64,000 nt of DNA from Armatimonadota bacterium (lineage in GTDB: Bacteria > Armatimonadota > Hebobacteria > GCA-020354555 > CP070648): the NCBI GenBank assembly GCA_020354555.1, contig CP070648.1, positions 1,281,336 through 1,345,335 on the forward strand. Reading direction: 5' to 3'. Below are positions 8,420 to 18,165 of this stretch, one piece after another. The notes under the pieces are model-generated. The model made no database searches, was not told where the DNA came from, and was given only the letters and a program-made list of their open reading frames with translations. Numbering within the stretch: the stretch's first letter is position 1; each line of letters begins with the position of its first letter. The translations under genes were made by a program, and so were the position numbers.

Positions 8420-11400
8420 CGGAATTCCGCCTTTCCAGGATTGGCTCACCCCAATGCGCCCAGTCGCAGACATTCGCCCCATCGGAATCCGTAATGAGAG
8501 TGACGAGAACCGTCTGCCCCGCCCATTTGCCGAGGTCCAGCGTGGTCTCCTGCCAGCCCTGCGGCTGAGGCACAGGCGCTTGCCACAGGATCTCGCCGTT
8601 CACTGCCGCGATGAACAGCACGCTTTCCCCGCCGTCGCGGACCCCGTAGTGGAAGCGCAGTCGGCATGGCTCCTCAGGAAGCGCCAGCGCCCAATCAAGC
8701 ACTGTCCGTCCTTGCGACGGCGTGTGTCCGCTGATCGCGCGCATTGAGACGTCTCTCATATCCACGTCTGCGATGGTCCCGCTGCCATAAACGCTGCGGT
8801 CGCCGCCGAGGCCTCGCGACAGTGTCGCCGTGCTGAATGGCAGGTCGGCCAGCTTGGCCGGCAGCGACACCTGCTCGCGCTCGTACACCAGCGCCGCCCA
8901 CAGTGAACGACCGCCCCCCTCGAAGTGATAACGGCGCGGCCTCTGGTCGCTCGCGGCCGCCGACGGGATCGTCGCCTGTGCCCGCGCATCTGACACCAGG
9001 TCAAACGCCAACGGCCCCTCGTCTGCGCCGGCCTCGATCCTGGCGTCATTCCAGTAAGCCCAGTCGTAGGAAACATCGCCGGCGGGACCGGGAGCCGTAA
9101 TCAACCGCAGCGTGGCCACCGTGCCCGCGAGGTCGCTCAGGTCGACTTCGCTCTCCATCCAACCCGCGTCTCGGCTCTGGTGGCGGGTGAATCGGGGTTC
9201 ACCGTTGATCGAGATGACGAACGTGACGCCGTCTCCGGTATCCTTGAGGTCGGGAACGTGGACGATGTCGGCGAGCCCTGTGGCGAAGCGCAGCGTCAGC
9301 GCCTCGGCCCGCGGCAGCTCGACAGTGAACTCACCAATCGTTGCTCCACCCGCCGCCTCGCCCTGCCACGGAGGGTGAGCGAAGATAGCCGGGCGCCGCT
9401 CGCCCTTGCAGGGGGCGCTTCGGGCGATGAAGACGCCGCCATCGGCAAGAGGTCCGGTCTGACCGTCGAGACTGCCGGGCGCCTGCCCGGGCGGTGACAT
9501 CAAGCGCCGCGCTTCGCCCATCGCTTTAGACGCCTCCCACACGAGCTTCGCGTAACGCTTGACCTGGGCAACGGCCCGCCGGGCGCCGCGATAGAATGTC
9601 TGCAGCACCAGTGGTCGCTCGGGACGCGCGACGGCCACCGCTTTCGGCACCGGTTTTCCGGGCCGCGCCAGATAACGCCGTTCCGGGTCGAGGCCGTACA
9701 CCCCGTTCCTGTCTTGCGCCGGCCAATCGGACACCACCCACGGCGCCGGCAGGGCATTCGTACCCGCGGCTATGAGCATGACGGGCGCCCGCTCCGGGCC
9801 GCGCAAGACCCAGCCGTACGACTCGCGTCTCAAGTTCGCCCGGAAGCCGGCGTTGCCGCGCCACGCCATGGCCTCGCTCGGCGCCAGATCAAAGTCGGGT
9901 CGGAGCTGTTGTGTCGCCCACAGCCGCCCGAGATCCAGCGCAAGCCGCACGCCATCGGCTTCCCAGTCAATGCTCGACTCGTGGACAGGCAAAGTCGGCA
10001 GGGACGCCAGTCGGACACCGACCTCTGTTGCGTCAACGTATGCTGCCAGGGCGGTCACCGGGTCGGGCATTCCGAGATGCCCGTAGAGCTGCACGAACGG
10101 AGAGAACAGGAAGCTCCGCACGGGATGGTACGTCCCCAGGTGCTCGTTCGGGTTCCAGAAGATCTCGCCCAGCTGCGCGAACGAGCATGGCAGGAGCACC
10201 TCGTGGATCCCTTCCGTGCCGATGGCGACCTCGGGCAGCGCGGCGTGCAGCTCGCGGAGGTATAGCTCCGCGCCGCCGAGGGCGTTGACGCCGTTCACGC
10301 GGCCGTGGGTGCTGTTGATCAGCACGGGATAATCCAAGTGGATGGCGTCAAACCCGAGCGTGCGATGAGCTTCCACCATCCGCTCGATGAGCAAGCGCCG
10401 CGCCTCGGGATACGCCGTGTTGAGCACGACGATCTGATGCTCCGGGTCGTGAGGGCGATCGAGGTACCAGCCGACGAGGTTCCCCGACCAGCGATCGCGC
10501 AGGAGCATATCGTCGTATTCGTCTCGCAGCGGATGCCGCGGGTTGATCCCGGCGAAGTTGAAGTGCAGCATGACGCGAAAGCCCAGCCCTCGGACCATGT
10601 TGATCCAGTCCGCGACGCCAGGGCCGGGCTCGTATTCCGGATAGTTGACGTCGTAGCCGTAGGACCGCCAACTTGGGACGTAGATCAGCGTGCGGTCTGG
10701 CGGCACTTCGCGGGCGAGTCGCTCCAACTCCGGGCGCTCCAGGAGAGCTTGAATCCGCACCACGAAGCCGATGCGACCTGCCCAGTCCGGTTGCCGCCGG
10801 GCGAGAGGCGTCAGGCCGTAGGAACGCTCCATCAGCCTGCGGTACTGCCCGGCGGGGCTTTGCCAGTGGCCCTGATACGCATCCAGTCGCCACGTCACGG
10901 CATCAAAGCTGCGATGGTCTTGAGCCGGGCCGTCGGTTTCCGTGGCAAAACGCAGAGCGGCCGTCTCGCCCGTGCGCTCGTAGCTGAGGTGTTTGAACTG
11001 CCTGAGGGGATCATCGGTCCAGAGCGAGATGCCGCCCTTCTCGCCTTGAACGAACAACGCGGCCGCCTGCCATGACCCCGGCCACTCATAGTCCACCTCG
11101 GGTTCGGTGCGAGCGGCATCCACGACCACGCCACCGGCGCCTGGGACAATCAGTCCTACTCTCCGCAAATCCAGGCCGCGCCAGCCCCACTCGACGCCGC
11201 CGATTCCGCCTTCGGCCCGCGCGACGCGTTGGGCGATGACAAGCCCGCCGGTCGCCTCGTCGGCCTTGACGGTGGTCGTGACGCGAGCCGGCTGCTCGCC
11301 TGCCGTCTCTGCGACCCATTGACATCCCCCCGGAAATTGGCGCTCCCGCACGAGGCGCGTCGCCTTGAGGACGCCGCCCTTCTCCATCACTCCAACCTGC

Positions 11401-11582
11401 GTTTGCCCCTCGCTGGGAGCGAAATAACGCTCCCCCGTAAGCCTATTCTCGAACGACACCAGGGATCCGTCATCGAAAACAGCGCCCACGGTGCTCGTCG
11501 TCACGGTGAGGGACTCCGCCTTCGCTGCGGCCGTCATCGTCATGGCAAGCACCAGGGCAAACGCAAACCGGCTCGTGGTCAT
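8412..11582 (-). CDS. Large secreted protein. It has a putative glycoside-hydrolase-like TIM-barrel core plus two tandem C-terminal beta-sandwich-like repeats.
   Basis: Start reassigned to MTTSRFAFALVLAMTMTAAAKA (signal peptide; ATG at 11582). The C-terminus holds two ~140-aa repeats ending DWAYWNDARIE / CDWAHWGEPILE. The family was not recognised. Confidence 0.5.
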   Translation of the reverse strand: MTTSRFAFALVLAMTMTAAAKAESLTVTTSTVGAVFDDGSLVSFENRLTGERYFAPSEGQTQVGVMEKGGVLKATRLVRERQFPGGCQWVAETAGEQPARVTTTVKADEATGGLVIAQRVARAEGGIGGVEWGWRGLDLRRVGLIVPGAGGVVVDAARTEPEVDYEWPGSWQAAALFVQGEKGGISLWTDDPLRQFKHLSYERTGETAALRFATETDGPAQDHRSFDAVTWRLDAYQGHWQSPAGQYRRLMERSYGLTPLARRQPDWAGRIGFVVRIQALLERPELERLAREVPPDRTLIYVPSWRSYGYDVNYPEYEPGPGVADWINMVRGLGFRVMLHFNFAGINPRHPLRDEYDDMLLRDRWSGNLVGWYLDRPHDPEHQIVVLNTAYPEARRLLIERMVEAHRTLGFDAIHLDYPVLINSTHGRVNGVNALGGAELYLRELHAALPEVAIGTEGIHEVLLPCSFAQLGEIFWNPNEHLGTYHPVRSFLFSPFVQLYGHLGMPDPVTALAAYVDATEVGVRLASLPTLPVHESSIDWEADGVRLALDLGRLWATQQLRPDFDLAPSEAMAWRGNAGFRANLRRESYGWVLRGPERAPVMLIAAGTNALPAPWVVSDWPAQDRNGVYGLDPERRYLARPGKPVPKAVAVARPERPLVLQTFYRGARRAVAQVKRYAKLVWEASKAMGEARRLMSPPGQAPGSLDGQTGPLADGGVFIARSAPCKGERRPAIFAHPPWQGEAAGGATIGEFTVELPRAEALTLRFATGLADIVHVPDLKDTGDGVTFVISINGEPRFTRHQSRDAGWMESEVDLSDLAGTVATLRLITAPGPAGDVSYDWAYWNDARIEAGADEGPLAFDLVSDARAQATIPSAAASDQRPRRYHFEGGGRSLWAALVYEREQVSLPAKLADLPFSTATLSRGLGGDRSVYGSGTIADVDMRDVSMRAISGHTPSQGRTVLDWALALPEEPCRLRFHYGVRDGGESVLFIAAVNGEILWQAPVPQPQGWQETTLDLGKWAGQTVLVTLITDSDGANVCDWAHWGEPILERRNSDD

Positions 11583-11763
11583 GCTGCGCTCTCCGCGATC
11601 TCTCATAGTCACATCGCTTGTTTCGTTCTGCCACTCCGCAGTCGCGCCCTTCTGTCGGTCGTCGGCCGGGCGCTCCCTTGGCACGAGCGAAGGATAATGA
11701 TGTCCTCTTGATGGCGAATGCGCCGAGCAGGTGAGGAGGGCATGCGCGGCGCAATCCTGATCC

Positions 11764-13146
11764 ATGCTTACGGCTGCCCCGCCGAACCGCGACCAGCAGC
11801 GGCCTGTGGTTTCGATTCCGGCTCATGCCGTGCTATGTGGGCTCGGGCTTGCGATTGCGGTCGGGCTGTGGATGCTGCACACGCCCGCCGACGGGCCCTG
11901 GGGGTCGCGCTTCATCGCGGGTCAAGCCATCGCCTTCGCGGCTTACCTCGGCGCGCTCGCGCTGGCGCGGAGCGGCCGCCTCCGCGGTGTCGCTGCGCTC
12001 ACGCTAATGCTGGCGTTCGCTCTAGGCCTGCGTGCGGTGACGTGGGTGCGCGCGCCGCGCTTGTCCACCGACTTCTATCGCTACATCTGGGACGGCCGGG
12101 TTGCCAACGCCGGGATCAACCCGTATCGTTACGCGCCCGCAAACCCGAAGCTGAGCCATCTCCGCGACGACCTGTGGCGTCCCATCAACCACAAGCGCGT
12201 CCCAACCATCTACCCGCCTGCCGCGCAGATCCTGTTCGCCGGGCTGTGGCGCGTGCCCGGCGGCCCGGAGCGCACCTTCCGGTGCGCATTCGTGTTGTTT
12301 GATCTCGCGGCGCTCGGCCTGGTGTGGATGCTGCTCGTCCGCCTGCGTAGGCCCCGCGAATGGCTCGTGGCGTATGCCTGGCATCCGCTGGTGATCACCG
12401 AGTTCGTGGCTGGCGCCCATGTGGACGTTGTCGGGGTATGCTTCCTGCTCGCCGCCTTGGTCCTGGCGCCTCCGGCGAATGACAGACGGGTCGGCTGGTC
12501 GGCGGCGGCGCTCGGCCTGTCCATTATGACCAAGGGCTACGCGTTGGCGGCGCTGCCGTTCATGTTCCGGCGCCATGGTTGGCGATACCCGGCATGGGTA
12601 GCGGTCACGTGTGCTGCGGTCACCGCGCCGTTTCTGGGGGCTGGCGCCGCGCTCTTTGGCGGGCTGACCCAATACGTCGCCCGGTGGCGGTCGAACGCCA
12701 GCCTGCTGCTGTGGATCGAGCGTGCGGTGGCGCCGCTGACGAATGACGAAGCAGTCGCGGCAAAGGCGATCGTCCTGGCCGCGCTGATTGTGCTCGCTAT
12801 CTGGCTCATGCTGCGCGCGACGCGCGATGACGGGGATCCCGTGCGCAACACATTCATCATTCTCAGCGCGGCGCTGCTCCTGGGTGGCCCGGTTCTGCCG
12901 TGGTATGTCGCGTGGACCGTGCCGTTCCTCTGCCTCTGGCCTGTCGCCGGATGGGTGCTGTTCACGGGGCTGGCTTCAGTGGCATACTACACTCACTGGT
13001 CGCTGCCGGACGCGGTGTCGCCGGCAAAGCAAGTCGAATACGGCGTGGTGTACGCCGCACTGGCCATCGAAGGCGCCTGGCGCCTTTTCCGCCTCAGACG
13101 AATCGGTCGGGTCGCCAGCACAGGCTCCGCAGAGCCATCCCGATAA
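11764..13146 (+). CDS. Polytopic membrane glycosyltransferase, GT-C fold, DUF2029/GT87-like (polyprenyl-phosphate-sugar dependent).
   Basis: About 11 predicted TM helices. The aromatic/Arg-rich loops and the hydrophobic pattern are typical of the PimE/GT87/DUF2029 family. Confidence 0.55.
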   Translation: MLTAAPPNRDQQRPVVSIPAHAVLCGLGLAIAVGLWMLHTPADGPWGSRFIAGQAIAFAAYLGALALARSGRLRGVAALTLMLAFALGLRAVTWVRAPRLSTDFYRYIWDGRVANAGINPYRYAPANPKLSHLRDDLWRPINHKRVPTIYPPAAQILFAGLWRVPGGPERTFRCAFVLFDLAALGLVWMLLVRLRRPREWLVAYAWHPLVITEFVAGAHVDVVGVCFLLAALVLAPPANDRRVGWSAAALGLSIMTKGYALAALPFMFRRHGWRYPAWVAVTCAAVTAPFLGAGAALFGGLTQYVARWRSNASLLLWIERAVAPLTNDEAVAAKAIVLAALIVLAIWLMLRATRDDGDPVRNTFIILSAALLLGGPVLPWYVAWTVPFLCLWPVAGWVLFTGLASVAYYTHWSLPDAVSPAKQVEYGVVYAALAIEGAWRLFRLRRIGRVASTGSAEPSR

Positions 13147-14482
13147 TCGCGGCGCCCGCCTTTGCGGAACCGGTAATAGTGCCGGTTATCTTGGACTTCC
13201 CAATGCGACGGCGATAGCTGACCGGCACCTCCGCGACGCGCAGGCCCGCTCGTGCTGCCTTCGCCTGCATCTCCATCGTCCAGCCGAACGCGCGATCCGC
13301 CATCCCCAGTTCCATGAGCGCGTCCGCGCGAATCGCCCGAAACGGCCCGAGATCCGTCGCGCGCTGTCCGTGAAGCAGCCACAGCATCCGCCCGGCAAGC
13401 CAATTGCCGAACACGGAATGCGAAGGCAAGGCGCCTCGCTCGCGGGTTCCCGCCGTGCGCGAGCCGATGACCAGGTCGGCGCGCCGTTCCAGGATCGGAG
13501 CAACCAACCCAATCATTTCCTCGGGGTGGTCGCTGTAGTCCGCGTCGAGGAAGACGACGAGGTCCGCGCGATCGAGTGCCGAGACTCCGCGCAGACACGC
13601 CGCTCCGTAACCGCGCTCCGGCTCGGAGACCACGCGAGCTCCGTGAGATCGGGCGACCGCCGCCGTGCCGTCCGTGCTGCCGTTGTCCACCACGATGACT
13701 TCCGACGCAAGCTCGGGGGGGATGTCGTCCAGCACGCGGCCGATGGACGATTCCTCATTCAGCGCCGGAATGACTACGCCGATGCGCGGCGGACAATCCG
13801 AGAGCCGCAATTCGCGCAACGCAGCGCGGGTTGCAGGGCAGGGCGTCGGCGCGCCGCGGGCTTCGATCGCGCGCAGGTGCGCAGCCAGGAAGCGCAGATC
13901 GTCAACCGTGTCCACGTCGTACCATGTGGCAAGCAAATCGACCCGCAACTCCCGGCGCTCAGCGGCCGATCGAGTCTGCGCGTGCGCTTCGGGGGTGCTC
14001 CACGGGATGTCATCCAGCATGTGCGGGTCGAGTGAGCGACCGGCGATCAGATAGTAGCCTCCGTCGCGTGTGGGGCCGAGCACGATGTCGGCCCCGCGCA
14101 GATGGCGCGCGGCCGCCGTGATGCGCGATACCGGCAAGCTCGGGCTGTCGGATCCGACGATGACCACGCGCTCACACTCGCGCGCTCGAGCGCGCGCCCA
14201 AGCGTCGGCGATGCGCTCTCCGAGGTTATCGCCCTGCTGGGGGAACACCTCGATTCCAGGGCACGCGCGCTCGATCCAGGCTGTGCTCGAGAGAGACGCG
14301 CCCGCCCACGCGATGAAGGGCCGCGCATCGCGCAGACGCGATGCGGCAGCCACGGTGTCCTGCAGGAAGCCTTGATAGAGACGCGCCGCGCGCTCCGCCC
14401 CGATGTCTGCGGCGAGACGACTCTTCACCTCGCCCGGTTTCGGCTCCCGCGCAAAGATGACCAGGCCGAAAGTGAAGCCCAT
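13094..14482 (-). CDS. Fusion protein. N-terminal TIGR04282/DUF2064 domain fused to a C-terminal TIGR04283-like GT2 (dolichyl-phosphate-sugar synthase-like) glycosyltransferase.
   Basis: N-terminus GLVIFAREPKPGEVKSRLA...LYQGFLQDTV matches the DUF2064 signature (xxAKxPxPGxVKTRL). C-terminal half IGVVIPALNEESSIGRVLDDI...VIVVDNGSTDGT...DADYSDHP is a GT-A/GT2 DXD glycosyltransferase. Confidence 0.7.
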   Translation of the reverse strand: MGFTFGLVIFAREPKPGEVKSRLAADIGAERAARLYQGFLQDTVAAASRLRDARPFIAWAGASLSSTAWIERACPGIEVFPQQGDNLGERIADAWARARARECERVVIVGSDSPSLPVSRITAAARHLRGADIVLGPTRDGGYYLIAGRSLDPHMLDDIPWSTPEAHAQTRSAAERRELRVDLLATWYDVDTVDDLRFLAAHLRAIEARGAPTPCPATRAALRELRLSDCPPRIGVVIPALNEESSIGRVLDDIPPELASEVIVVDNGSTDGTAAVARSHGARVVSEPERGYGAACLRGVSALDRADLVVFLDADYSDHPEEMIGLVAPILERRADLVIGSRTAGTRERGALPSHSVFGNWLAGRMLWLLHGQRATDLGPFRAIRADALMELGMADRAFGWTMEMQAKAARAGLRVAEVPVSYRRRIGKSKITGTITGSAKAGAAIIGMALRSLCWRPDRFV

Positions 14483-14506
14483 GCCCTCGAAGCCGTCCTT
14501 CGATAC

Positions 14507-15451
14507 TTACGAGGCAACTAGCGAACCCATGCAGCCGGAGCCTGCGCCCGCGGTACACCCATAGCAGTGGGTCGCGGTCTTTATGGGCCGCGCGGAGAGA
14601 GCCGCATAGTCGAACTCCCATATCGTCTGCGGCACATCCTCGCCGAGTCGCAGGTCGAGCGCCTGGTTGAAGTCGCAGTCGTACAGCCGTCCGTCCCACG
14701 CAACGCTGAGCAGCACTCGGCACATAACGTGCGCAACGGCCTCCGGGTTGTGGCTTTTCACCAGCAGGTCCCAGTAGTCCTCGAGGTCGCCGGATTCGCG
14801 CAGTTGCTCCTCGAAGCGGCCGATGGGCATGTTGGTGATAGTGATCAGGCGGCTGAACTCTATGCCGTGGTCGCGGCCCAATTCGTGTCGGTACGCGTCC
14901 TCCAGTTCGGCTTGCGGGCCGGGCAGGGCGGGCCCGGCGGGATTGTACACGAGAGTGAGCGACAGGCCGCTGTTGGCAACGCCATAGCCGATCCCGTTGA
15001 GTCGCTTCAGCGCGGCGATGCTCTTGCCGTACGCGCCGTTGCCGCGCACGGCGTCAACGTTCTCCTGCGTGTAACACGGCATGCTGGCCACCAGCTCTGC
15101 CGTGCGCTCAGCAAAGAATTCGGGCAGATCGGCCTGCTCCGGCTCTGTGAGAACGGTGAGATTGGTGCGCACCTTGACATTCGGGACGACCGCCGCGGCG
15201 GCACTGACGAAATCGCGAAACGTGGGGTTGAGTTCCGGGCTACCGCCGGTCAGGTCGAGCGTCTCAATGGGATGCCGCTCCAGCACCGACACGATCGCGC
15301 GCTGGGTGTCCCACTCCATGCACTCCTTGCGCTCCGGGCCGGACGCGAGATGACAATGCCGGCACGACTGGTTGCACAGACGGCCGAGATTGACTTGCAA
15401 GATGTCCAGGCCGGACGCCTCTATCCCAGGAAACGGCGAGTAGATCTGCAT
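14507..15451 (-). CDS. arsS: Radical SAM/Cys-rich-domain protein of the ArsS (TIGR04167) type. All-Cys version, no in-frame TGA.
   Basis: CNQSCRHC (CxxxCxxC radical-SAM cluster motif) near the N-terminus. C-terminal Cys-rich tail CYGCTAGAGSGCMGS. AGGAG RBS 7 nt upstream of the ATG at 15451. Confidence 0.65.
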   Translation of the reverse strand: MQIYSPFPGIEASGLDILQVNLGRLCNQSCRHCHLASGPERKECMEWDTQRAIVSVLERHPIETLDLTGGSPELNPTFRDFVSAAAAVVPNVKVRTNLTVLTEPEQADLPEFFAERTAELVASMPCYTQENVDAVRGNGAYGKSIAALKRLNGIGYGVANSGLSLTLVYNPAGPALPGPQAELEDAYRHELGRDHGIEFSRLITITNMPIGRFEEQLRESGDLEDYWDLLVKSHNPEAVAHVMCRVLLSVAWDGRLYDCDFNQALDLRLGEDVPQTIWEFDYAALSARPIKTATHCYGCTAGAGSGCMGSLVAS

Positions 15452-15480
15452 GAGCTGCTCCTACGCATTGATGATGTCAC

Positions 15481-16701
15481 CTAGCAGTGGAAGCGGGCGC
15501 GCAATGGATGGTCCTTCGGCAGTTCTTCCCAGCGTGCGCGGTGGGCAATCAGGGCGCGTGTCAGATCGCCCACACGAATGTCGCCGACGAAGCATCCGCC
15601 GACGATGTATCCGTCCCGCAGCACCACGCGCGCCGTGCCGTGCGGCGTGTAGGGAGCCCACAGTGTCTCCACACCGTCCTGGTCCGGGACGATGCTGCCG
15701 ACGCCGCAGAAGTCCACGCCAGCAAGCTCGGACACATTCAGGAACGGCGCGGCTTCGTAGCGCTCAGCCCCTCCCTTCATGTTCGCCCCTGCAACGCGTC
15801 CCATGTGCGCGGCGACGTACCACAGCATTTCGGCCGGAGCGGCGGAGCCGTCGGCCTGCCGCACCTGGGCACAGTCGCCGGCCGCGAATACGTCGGGCAA
15901 GCTGGTGCGCATAGAGTCGTCCACCACGATGCCTGCGGCCACTTCCGCGCCCGCCGCTTCGGCCAGCTCGCGGTTGGGCGCGATACCCACCGCGAGGCTG
16001 ATTATCTGACACGGGATGTGGTCGCCGCTCTTGGTCGTGACCCCGGTCACGCGGCCGTCCGCCACCGACATCTCGGTGACCTCTTCGCCCGTGCGGACGT
16101 CCACACCCATGCGGCGCAGCGCGTCATGGACTACCTCGGCCTCCTCGGAAGTCATCTGCTTCGCCAGGAAGCGGTCGTCGCGCATGATGAACGTCGTCTT
16201 GATGCCATGATGCGCGAGCGACTCCACGATCTCGATCGAGGTCAGCCCGCCTCCGACGACGACGGCGGCCTCCGCGTCCTGCATGGCGTGGGTGATCTCC
16301 ACGACGTCGCGCAGGGTATTGAGGCCAATCAGGCCTTTGACGCCCTCTCGCACCCAGGGCAGCATGCGCCCGCGGGTGCCGGTTGCCAGCAGTATTCGGC
16401 GGTAGCTCAACTCGGCCCCGTCAGCAAGTGTGATCGTGCGCGCCTCTGGGTCAAGCGAGGAAACGGTCGTGGCGCACTGGAGGTCGAATCGGTTGCGCCG
16501 GTAGAAGCCCCTGGGGCGCCCCACGGTGTCCGCGAACTCGATGCGCCCGAGGAGGTAGTAATAGAGCGCCGGGCGCGAGTAGAACTCGCACTCCTGATCG
16601 GTAATCACGATGACTTGCGCCCGCGGGTCGCGCGCGCGTATGGTCTCCGCCGCGTTGACACCTGCGACGCCGTTGCCGATTATGATGTACGGGGCTGCCA
16701 T
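15481..16701 (-). CDS. FAD-dependent pyridine nucleotide-disulfide oxidoreductase (NAD(P)H:ferredoxin/rubredoxin reductase-like).
   Basis: N-terminal GxGxxG FAD site IIGNGVAGVNAAE. Second Rossmann site VVVGGGLTSIE. Conserved AAGDCA flavin motif. Confidence 0.7.
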   Translation of the reverse strand: MAAPYIIIGNGVAGVNAAETIRARDPRAQVIVITDQECEFYSRPALYYYLLGRIEFADTVGRPRGFYRRNRFDLQCATTVSSLDPEARTITLADGAELSYRRILLATGTRGRMLPWVREGVKGLIGLNTLRDVVEITHAMQDAEAAVVVGGGLTSIEIVESLAHHGIKTTFIMRDDRFLAKQMTSEEAEVVHDALRRMGVDVRTGEEVTEMSVADGRVTGVTTKSGDHIPCQIISLAVGIAPNRELAEAAGAEVAAGIVVDDSMRTSLPDVFAAGDCAQVRQADGSAAPAEMLWYVAAHMGRVAGANMKGGAERYEAAPFLNVSELAGVDFCGVGSIVPDQDGVETLWAPYTPHGTARVVLRDGYIVGGCFVGDIRVGDLTRALIAHRARWEELPKDHPLRARFHC

Positions 16702-16704
16702 GGA

Positions 16705-17787
16705 TTACGCCTCCCTCTGGCGAGGCGCCGCCAATTGGCGGACGAATGGCCGGCGGAAACGATACGTGTTCTTCACCGCGGCGGCATGCTCCGGCTCCGG
16801 AAACTGCCGGAAACTGAGCGCGTAGCGCGGGCACACCGCGATGCACGCTCCGCAGCCGACGCACTGATCGTCCTTGAGCGGAATGCCCTGACGCGCGCGC
16901 ATGCGGATGTCAATGCCCATCTCGCAGTACCGATTGCACGTGCCGCATTCGATGCAGCGCTGATCGTCGGTGTAGATCGCGAATCTGCCGTGTTGGGACA
17001 GCGCCCCAAGTCCCGCCGCAAGCGGGCAGAAGAAGCGACACCACGGCCGGTTCCCCAGAATGGGATAGAGCCCGATCCCCACGAGATCAACCAGCACGAA
17101 TCCGACGATCCACTCGTACCATTTGAAGGGCCAGGTGACCTTGAACCACACGCCCAGGGTTACGATGCCCGCGGCGACGAGGATCGCGTAGAAGGTGCGG
17201 TCGAGGCCCTGAGCCCGAGGTCCTTTGGGGCCGATGGTACGGAACGCCTCACCCGCGGTCTCCGCGAGATTGCCGCAGAAGCAGAACCACGAGCAGTACC
17301 GCTTGCCGAGGACCAGCGCCACCGCAGGCCAGACAATGAAAGACATGATGGCCCCGTAGACGAGGATGGATTCCGGACGGTTCGGATTGAGGACGCTCAT
17401 GTGTAAAGGCCACGTGAGATGAACCCGCCGGGCGAGAAGCGGCATGCCGAAGCCCAGGGCGAGCGGCCCGGCCATGATGATCCCGATGACGGTCTGCACC
17501 GTCATCACGGAGACCGTGCGCCAGCGGAAGTAGGTGTTCTTCCACCGTCGGATCACCCACACGCCGAACACGATGACGCTTGCCCAATACGCCCACGGCA
17601 CGAGCGGGCCGAGCCAGCGCGGGCTGCCCGGCCACAGCGCGCGGATGACGATGACCGCGAGCAGCGAAAGCACAGCGGTTCCCGCCAGCCACGGCAGCAC
17701 GTCGAAACGCCGCCGCGCTCTGAAGCGCTCGCACAGCGGACAGTGATCGAAATCGTGGTACTGTGCTATGTCTGTCGGCTCCGCCAC
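16705..17787 (-). CDS. Membrane-bound polyferredoxin (NapH/MauN/YccM-type 4Fe-4S binding protein).
   Basis: Multiple TM helices. Two CxxCxxCxxxCP ferredoxin motifs (CIECGTCNRYCE, CVGCGACIAVCP) plus additional CxxC pairs. Confidence 0.65.
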   Translation of the reverse strand: MAEPTDIAQYHDFDHCPLCERFRARRRFDVLPWLAGTAVLSLLAVIVIRALWPGSPRWLGPLVPWAYWASVIVFGVWVIRRWKNTYFRWRTVSVMTVQTVIGIIMAGPLALGFGMPLLARRVHLTWPLHMSVLNPNRPESILVYGAIMSFIVWPAVALVLGKRYCSWFCFCGNLAETAGEAFRTIGPKGPRAQGLDRTFYAILVAAGIVTLGVWFKVTWPFKWYEWIVGFVLVDLVGIGLYPILGNRPWCRFFCPLAAGLGALSQHGRFAIYTDDQRCIECGTCNRYCEMGIDIRMRARQGIPLKDDQCVGCGACIAVCPRYALSFRQFPEPEHAAAVKNTYRFRRPFVRQLAAPRQREA

Positions 17788-18165
17788 GTTGTCGTTCGCC
17801 TCCTGCTCGGCGGTCCCGAGGTGCCCCCGACCGGTCGGTGCTGCTGGGCCAATCGCGCGCCCCGAATCGCGCTGTGTCCGCGCATTACAACCGGTGGAGT
17901 CGATTTAGGCGGTCCAAGCGATTGCCCCTGCGATGCGATGTTGGATCCATCTACCATACGTCACGTGCCGCCCGGATGCTGCGAACCGCGGTGCGCCTGG
18001 TACACGCCCGGTTGAGACAGGCAAAGCCAATCCCCGTGGTAAACATGCCGCACAACGTTGTGCCGCGGCCGCAACAGGAGTCACTGGTGAGAAGTCGGGA
18101 ACGAATGACAGTCCATTGCAGCGCGACGATGTTCGGACGCCGGTGCTACACGAAAGGGCGGGGGA

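Noticed and set aside
14507-15451. Selenocysteine (in-frame TGA) in the ArsS-like radical SAM protein, as reported for many family members.
   Set aside because: The ORF is continuous with Cys at all positions of the C-terminal motif (CYGCTAGAGSGC). No in-frame TGA and no obvious SECIS hairpin downstream.
15487-17406. 639-aa plus-strand ORF, one of many long (>250 aa) antisense ORFs (others: 5286..6704, 6503..7792, 18954..20246, 20771..22519, 24855..26789, 32138..34075, 48211..49626, 55566..56483).
   Set aside because: Arg/Ala/Pro/Gly-rich, low-complexity translations lying exactly opposite well-supported genes. This is the typical high-GC antisense ORF artefact, with no recognisable motifs.
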